From assembly GCA_046331705.1 (NCBI GenBank), contig JAXLQJ010000029.1, positions 62,001 to 91,803 on the forward strand: a stretch of DNA of 29,803 bases, read 5' to 3'. Below, in pieces: positions 26,010 through 29,803 of the stretch. The notes under the pieces are model-generated. The model saw nothing but the letters and a program-made list of their open reading frames with translations. It did not search any database and was not told the origin of the DNA. Position numbers and translations under genes: made by a program. The stretch is from a bacterium (lineage in GTDB: Bacteria; JADJOY01). The first letter of the stretch is position 1; every line of letters begins with the position of its first letter.

Positions 26010-26858
26010 TCATCCACCCGATAGCACTCCCACGGCTCGCCGGGAACGCCCGGCGAGCCACCTCCGGATCCACCAGCGATACGCCGACCAGAAGGTGGGA
26101 AACAACCGACGAAGGCCCGCGCGGCAGGCTCGGACGACGGGACGCCACGACACGCCGACGATCGCCCACGCGACCACCAGATCGAGAACCGGCCGCACCG
26201 AGTCCGAGAGCCCAGGCACGAGCCCGACGAGCAGATCCACCAGCATAAGCACGTAGATGGGACCCAGAAACACGAGCTCGAGGAAGCTCCGATACGAGAC
26301 CGTGAGTCCAGGACCTCCCGTCAACCCCAGTCCGGTCGTGTAGCTGAGCGCACCCGGCCCAACCCAGTTGCTGAAGAGCGGCGCGCCGAGCCGAAAGACG
26401 AGGTAGGGCGTGGACGCGAGCAGCAAGAACCCGAGCCCTCCGACGGCACCCGTCGCGTGCCAGAGCACGCGACGCCGTGACCAGCCGCGGCTTCGCAGTC
26501 GCAGCCACGGCGTGAAGACACAGCCCCACCACACCAGCACGGCGTAGAGCGCCAGCTCGCCGACGATCTTCCGCGGCACGCGTCGCAGCTCCTCGGCCAT
26601 GGCGTCGCGAACCGCGGGCTCCACCTCGTCGCGGACCGGCCGATACGAGGGTCCGAGGTTGCGTGTCTTCGCGAGCACGCAGCCGTGGTGGCCACAGAGG
26701 AAGCCGTATTTCCAGTGCGCGGTCGTGCGGATCTCGTCGGCCCACATCTCGTAGGCGTACGGCTCGATGGTCTGCACCTTCATCCGCGCCGCGCACGATT
26801 CCATTCCGCCGATCGCGATCGCCCACGCCACGATCGTCCGGCGGCGCTTGCGGCTCAT
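26010..26858 (-). CDS. Hypothetical multi-pass membrane protein
   Basis: ATG 2 nt after the PafA-WD40 stop; several hydrophobic segments (LALYAVLVWWGCVF, AVGGLGFLLLASTPYLVF, LVFLGPIYVLMLVDLLVGLV, VLDLVVAWAIVGV) and an Arg-rich tail; no family recognised. Confidence 0.6.
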   Translation of the reverse strand: MSRKRRRTIVAWAIAIGGMESCAARMKVQTIEPYAYEMWADEIRTTAHWKYGFLCGHHGCVLAKTRNLGPSYRPVRDEVEPAVRDAMAEELRRVPRKIVGELALYAVLVWWGCVFTPWLRLRSRGWSRRRVLWHATGAVGGLGFLLLASTPYLVFRLGAPLFSNWVGPGALSYTTGLGLTGGPGLTVSYRSFLELVFLGPIYVLMLVDLLVGLVPGLSDSVRPVLDLVVAWAIVGVSWRPVVRACRAGLRRLFPTFWSAYRWWIRRWLAGRSRRAVGVLSGG

Positions 26859-26860
26859 CT

Positions 26861-29377
26861 TCACGGCGATCCGAGCTCGCTCGGGTCGTAGGCCCACACG
26901 GCGACCCCCTTGCGGCTGCCGTCGCGAGTGGCGAGGAGCGGGCTCCGGGGGTGAAAGGCGAGCCCGCGAGGAAGCGGATCGTCCGTTCCTTCGTCGATCC
27001 GCACCATCGCTTCCCAACTGTCCGTCCGATACAGCACCACACCGCCGCGGATGACCTTCGCGGCGACGATCCGTTCGTCGTGGGAGACCGCGAGATCGAC
27101 CGCGTCGCCGGCACCACAGCCGAGCATCACGCGCTCGTCGCGGGCCTCGACGTCGAGCACGCGCAGGGTGCTCCGTCCCCCGCTCACGACGATCGCGCCC
27201 TTGCGTTGCAGCCAGCCGAGTACCTTCACCGGGGCCCCGGTCGTCGCGAAGCGGCGGATCGCGGCTTCGCCCGTCGACGCGCGCGCCGCCTCGATCACGA
27301 TGGCGCGATCGTCGCCGCCGGTCGCCAGCCAGGTGCCGTCGCGACTCCACGCGAGCGACAACACGGCACCCCGGTGGAGCTCGAGCGTGACGCGTTCCTC
27401 GCCGGACTCGCGCTGCGTACGAAGCTCCAGGTGGCCGTTGCGCAGTCCGAGCGCGAGGGTCCTTCCGTCCGGCGACCACGCGGCGCACAGCACCACGTCC
27501 GCCGTGCTCGCGAGCCAGGCCGGCGGCAACCCCGCCTCCGGCTGCCAGAGTCGGAGCGAGCCGTCCGCCGTGCTCACCACGACTTGGCGCCCGTCGGGCG
27601 ACCACGCCACCGCGCGGACGGCGCCACCCGCTGACACGTGCACCGCGGTGCAGCTCCGCCGGGCCGGATCCCAGATCCGAACCGAGCCGTCGCGCGACGC
27701 CGAGAGGATCCGCGATCCCGTGGGTGACCACGCGATCGCCGAGATCAGCTCGGGATGCGCCCCCAGCGTGGTCTCGATCCTGAGCCCGAGCGGCACCGGC
27801 GCAGCCCGTGACTCGGGCGCGGGGGTCCGGGGGAGAACGATCGTGCGCCACGTCGCCGCCTCGGCGAAGGGATCGCTCAGGTCGAGGTACGAGCACGAAT
27901 CCTTCCACACGCGCTGCCAGTCGCACGACGCCGCCGTGCCTGAGTTAGCGAGGCGCTCGACCCATTCCCCACGCAGTCGCGCGCGGCCGTGGCGCGGCGG
28001 CTCGCGCACGGCGCGCGCCAGCGCCTCCGCGGGCACGATGCGGTGATCGAGGACGCCAGCGGCATCGAGCGCCGCAAAGATCCCGCCCTCGCCGACCTCC
28101 GCGAACTTGGTGTCGAGCTCGAATAGCTCGTCGCGCAGCCGCAGAAACGCCGGGAACGAATCGATGCTCGCCCCGCGCGCGGCCAGCGTTCGCTCACCGT
28201 TCCGCCGCCAGTCACGCAACGACTCCGTGGAATGCTCGAACGGATCGACCCGACTCGCCGGCGAGATTCCGCTCGCGAGACGAGCCCGTGCAAACCCGGC
28301 GGCGACCTCGTTCCAGATCGGCAGCACGTCGCGCGCGAATCCAGCGCTGCGCGCCCGCTCTTGGTAGAGCCGGTCCTTGATCGCCCAGTCGAGCGTCGTC
28401 GCGGCGCTGAGCGGCGAGTCCGAGAGCCGCTCGAGCTGCTGCCGCCAGTGACGCAGCACCTCGTCCGCCCACGCGGGGAGCAGCCCCCGTCGCGCGGCGG
28501 ATTCCGCCGTCTCCAGGTAATGCCGCTGGATCTCGAGCGCCGTGAGCCTCCGCCCGTCCACGAGGTCGACGCGCGTCGTGAGCGAGGGATCGCACGCGAT
28601 GGCGTGCATCGCGCGCAGCGGTGTCGCGAGCGCGACCGCCGATCCCGGGCTGGAGCCGGCCTCGACCATGGCAAGCACCAGCGCCGTCGTGCCGATCTTC
28701 AGATACGCGGCGACGTGCGATTGGAGCGATTCGCCGCAGATCAAGTGCAGCCGATGGAAACCGGGTGCCGCGAGGGTTTCGTCCTTGGTGTGCAGGATGC
28801 CGCGGTTGCCGGTCGAGTCGCAGGAGGTCTCGTTGACCAGGAACGAGGCCCGCGGTGAGAGCATGAAGACGATTCCTGGCGAGGACGGCTCGAATCCGCC
28901 GCTGCCGGAGAACACGATCCGGCTCACGAGATGCGGGAGGAGCTGCTCCGGCAGCGCCCGCGGATGGACCCGATGCAAGTAAGACTCGTGGCAACCCCAC
29001 GAGGCCCCGCTGCCGCTGTAGTCGACGTTGCCGCGGAAGAGCCGCACGCTCGCGAGCGCCGGGACCTGCGCGCGGATTCGTCGCAGCAGGCGCTCGAGCA
29101 CGAGGTCGCCGGCGCCCACGAATTGCACGCATTCGGCCGGGTCCGAGCACTCGGGTGTGGCGAACTCGGGATGAAAGCCGTGATCCACGTAGAACCGCGC
29201 ACCCGAGCTCAGCCACACACCGCCGGCGTCCGCCGAGCCCGGCAACGTCGGCAGCTCTGCGGACGCCGCGCGTGTGAGCAGCTCCACGATCTGCCGACGC
29301 GAGACCGGCGATCCCTGCGCCGGCATGGGGGCGAGCGCGTACTCGGTCTCGATCCCCATCAGCGAGGCGTGGGTCAT
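26861..29377 (-). CDS. PafA/Dop-family (Pup-ligase-like carboxylate-amine ligase) domain fused to a 7-blade WD40 propeller
   Basis: MGIETEY, WLSSGARFYVDHGFHPEFATPEC, LFRGNVD..G..SWGCHESYL, LVSRIVFSGSG, LSPRA, RGILHTKDE, HRLHLICGESL, LKIGTTALVLAMVEAG, LTALEIQRHYLE, LDWAIK, PPRHGRARLRGEWV, CDW. Then seven WD40-type blades (AWSPTG..IWD, AWSPDG..LWQ, AWSPDG, AWSRDG, GWLQRK, AVSHDE, AFHPRS..VW) in one open frame. Start overlaps the upstream stop (ATGA). Confidence 0.9.
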   Translation of the reverse strand: MTHASLMGIETEYALAPMPAQGSPVSRRQIVELLTRAASAELPTLPGSADAGGVWLSSGARFYVDHGFHPEFATPECSDPAECVQFVGAGDLVLERLLRRIRAQVPALASVRLFRGNVDYSGSGASWGCHESYLHRVHPRALPEQLLPHLVSRIVFSGSGGFEPSSPGIVFMLSPRASFLVNETSCDSTGNRGILHTKDETLAAPGFHRLHLICGESLQSHVAAYLKIGTTALVLAMVEAGSSPGSAVALATPLRAMHAIACDPSLTTRVDLVDGRRLTALEIQRHYLETAESAARRGLLPAWADEVLRHWRQQLERLSDSPLSAATTLDWAIKDRLYQERARSAGFARDVLPIWNEVAAGFARARLASGISPASRVDPFEHSTESLRDWRRNGERTLAARGASIDSFPAFLRLRDELFELDTKFAEVGEGGIFAALDAAGVLDHRIVPAEALARAVREPPRHGRARLRGEWVERLANSGTAASCDWQRVWKDSCSYLDLSDPFAEAATWRTIVLPRTPAPESRAAPVPLGLRIETTLGAHPELISAIAWSPTGSRILSASRDGSVRIWDPARRSCTAVHVSAGGAVRAVAWSPDGRQVVVSTADGSLRLWQPEAGLPPAWLASTADVVLCAAWSPDGRTLALGLRNGHLELRTQRESGEERVTLELHRGAVLSLAWSRDGTWLATGGDDRAIVIEAARASTGEAAIRRFATTGAPVKVLGWLQRKGAIVVSGGRSTLRVLDVEARDERVMLGCGAGDAVDLAVSHDERIVAAKVIRGGVVLYRTDSWEAMVRIDEGTDDPLPRGLAFHPRSPLLATRDGSRKGVAVWAYDPSELGSP

Positions 29378-29803
29378 GGAGCACCGTCGCCGGCGGCGAC
29401 GCTCGACGAAGCGGGCTGGTCGATCTGCCAGATGCGGATGCCGCGCCCCTCGGCGCCACGAATCGCGAATCGATCGAGCACGGGGTGGAACGCGAGGCCC
29501 CGTGGCCACGCGTCGTCCGTGCGCTCGTGAATGATGACCTGCACGGACAATCGCTCGGCATCGAGAAGCTGCACGACACCGAGCGCGGTCTTGTACGCGA
29601 GCCAGCGGCCGTCGGCGCTCACCTGCACGGTGAACACGTCGACGTCCTCACGCCCGGCCACCCGCGGCTCCCCCGCGAAATCGTGGACGAGCACGCGGCC
29701 ATCGCCGCCGCTCGACGCGAGCCGGCGACCGTCCGGATACCACGCCACCTCGCGAACGACGTCGCCGCCATGGGGCCGGATGCGCAGCTCCGCCGCGCGC
29801 GCC
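29374..29803 (-). CDS. WD40-repeat protein, C-terminal part (starts outside the window)
   Basis: Frame open to the window edge: HGGDVVREVAWYPDGRRLASSGGDGRVLVHD, VFTVQVSADGRWLAY, RGLAFHP...IRIWQID. Confidence 0.85.
   Translation of the reverse strand, partial: ARAAELRIRPHGGDVVREVAWYPDGRRLASSGGDGRVLVHDFAGEPRVAGREDVDVFTVQVSADGRWLAYKTALGVVQLLDAERLSVQVIIHERTDDAWPRGLAFHPVLDRFAIRGAEGRGIRIWQIDQPASSSVAAGDGAP

Noticed and set aside
26010-26030. Membrane protein ends in Gly-Gly (…VLSGG), like a ubiquitin-type tag
   Set aside because: PafA-type ligases activate a C-terminal glutamate (GGE), not a bare GG; no beta-grasp fold or E1 is visible; likely chance.
12949-29803. Integrase, transposase or prophage genes explaining the island
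   Set aside because: No recombinase, DDE transposase, terminal inverted repeats or phage structural motifs recognised in the window.

Overview
High-GC bacterial chromosome segment with two parts. Left part (1-12,950) is housekeeping: aspS (partial), hisS, comEC, an alpha/beta hydrolase, lipB-lipA, a PrcB-like exported protein, tRNA-Ala(GGC), a single-domain response regulator, a VanZ-like membrane protein, a stand-alone CCA-enzyme-type HD protein, an FG-GAP-type exported protein and a tRNA-Met(CAT) with a distorted cloverleaf. Right of the tRNA is a patchy accessory region (about 12,950 to beyond 29,803) with no integrase visible. It holds (i) a nucleotide-signalling/conflict cluster: an intact RelA/SpoT-synthetase-TPR-SLOG-RyR-RyR protein, an intact deoxyribohydrolase-like+TPR (DUF4071/ASK-like) protein, a frameshifted TIR protein and two TIR remnants; (ii) a frameshifted DUF4062-TPR gene that appears to end in two ribosomal-protein-S1 domains; (iii) divergent SorC/DeoR-type and XRE regulators; and (iv) a translationally coupled WD40 -> PafA(Pup-ligase-like)-WD40 fusion -> membrane protein operon. 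The best candidates for new biology are the PafA-WD40 fusion and the alarmone-synthetase/SLOG/RyR + TIR cluster. All domain calls come from motif recognition by eye; no searches were run. Two lower-GC blocks carry many 1-2 nt indels that could be sequencing error rather than real decay.
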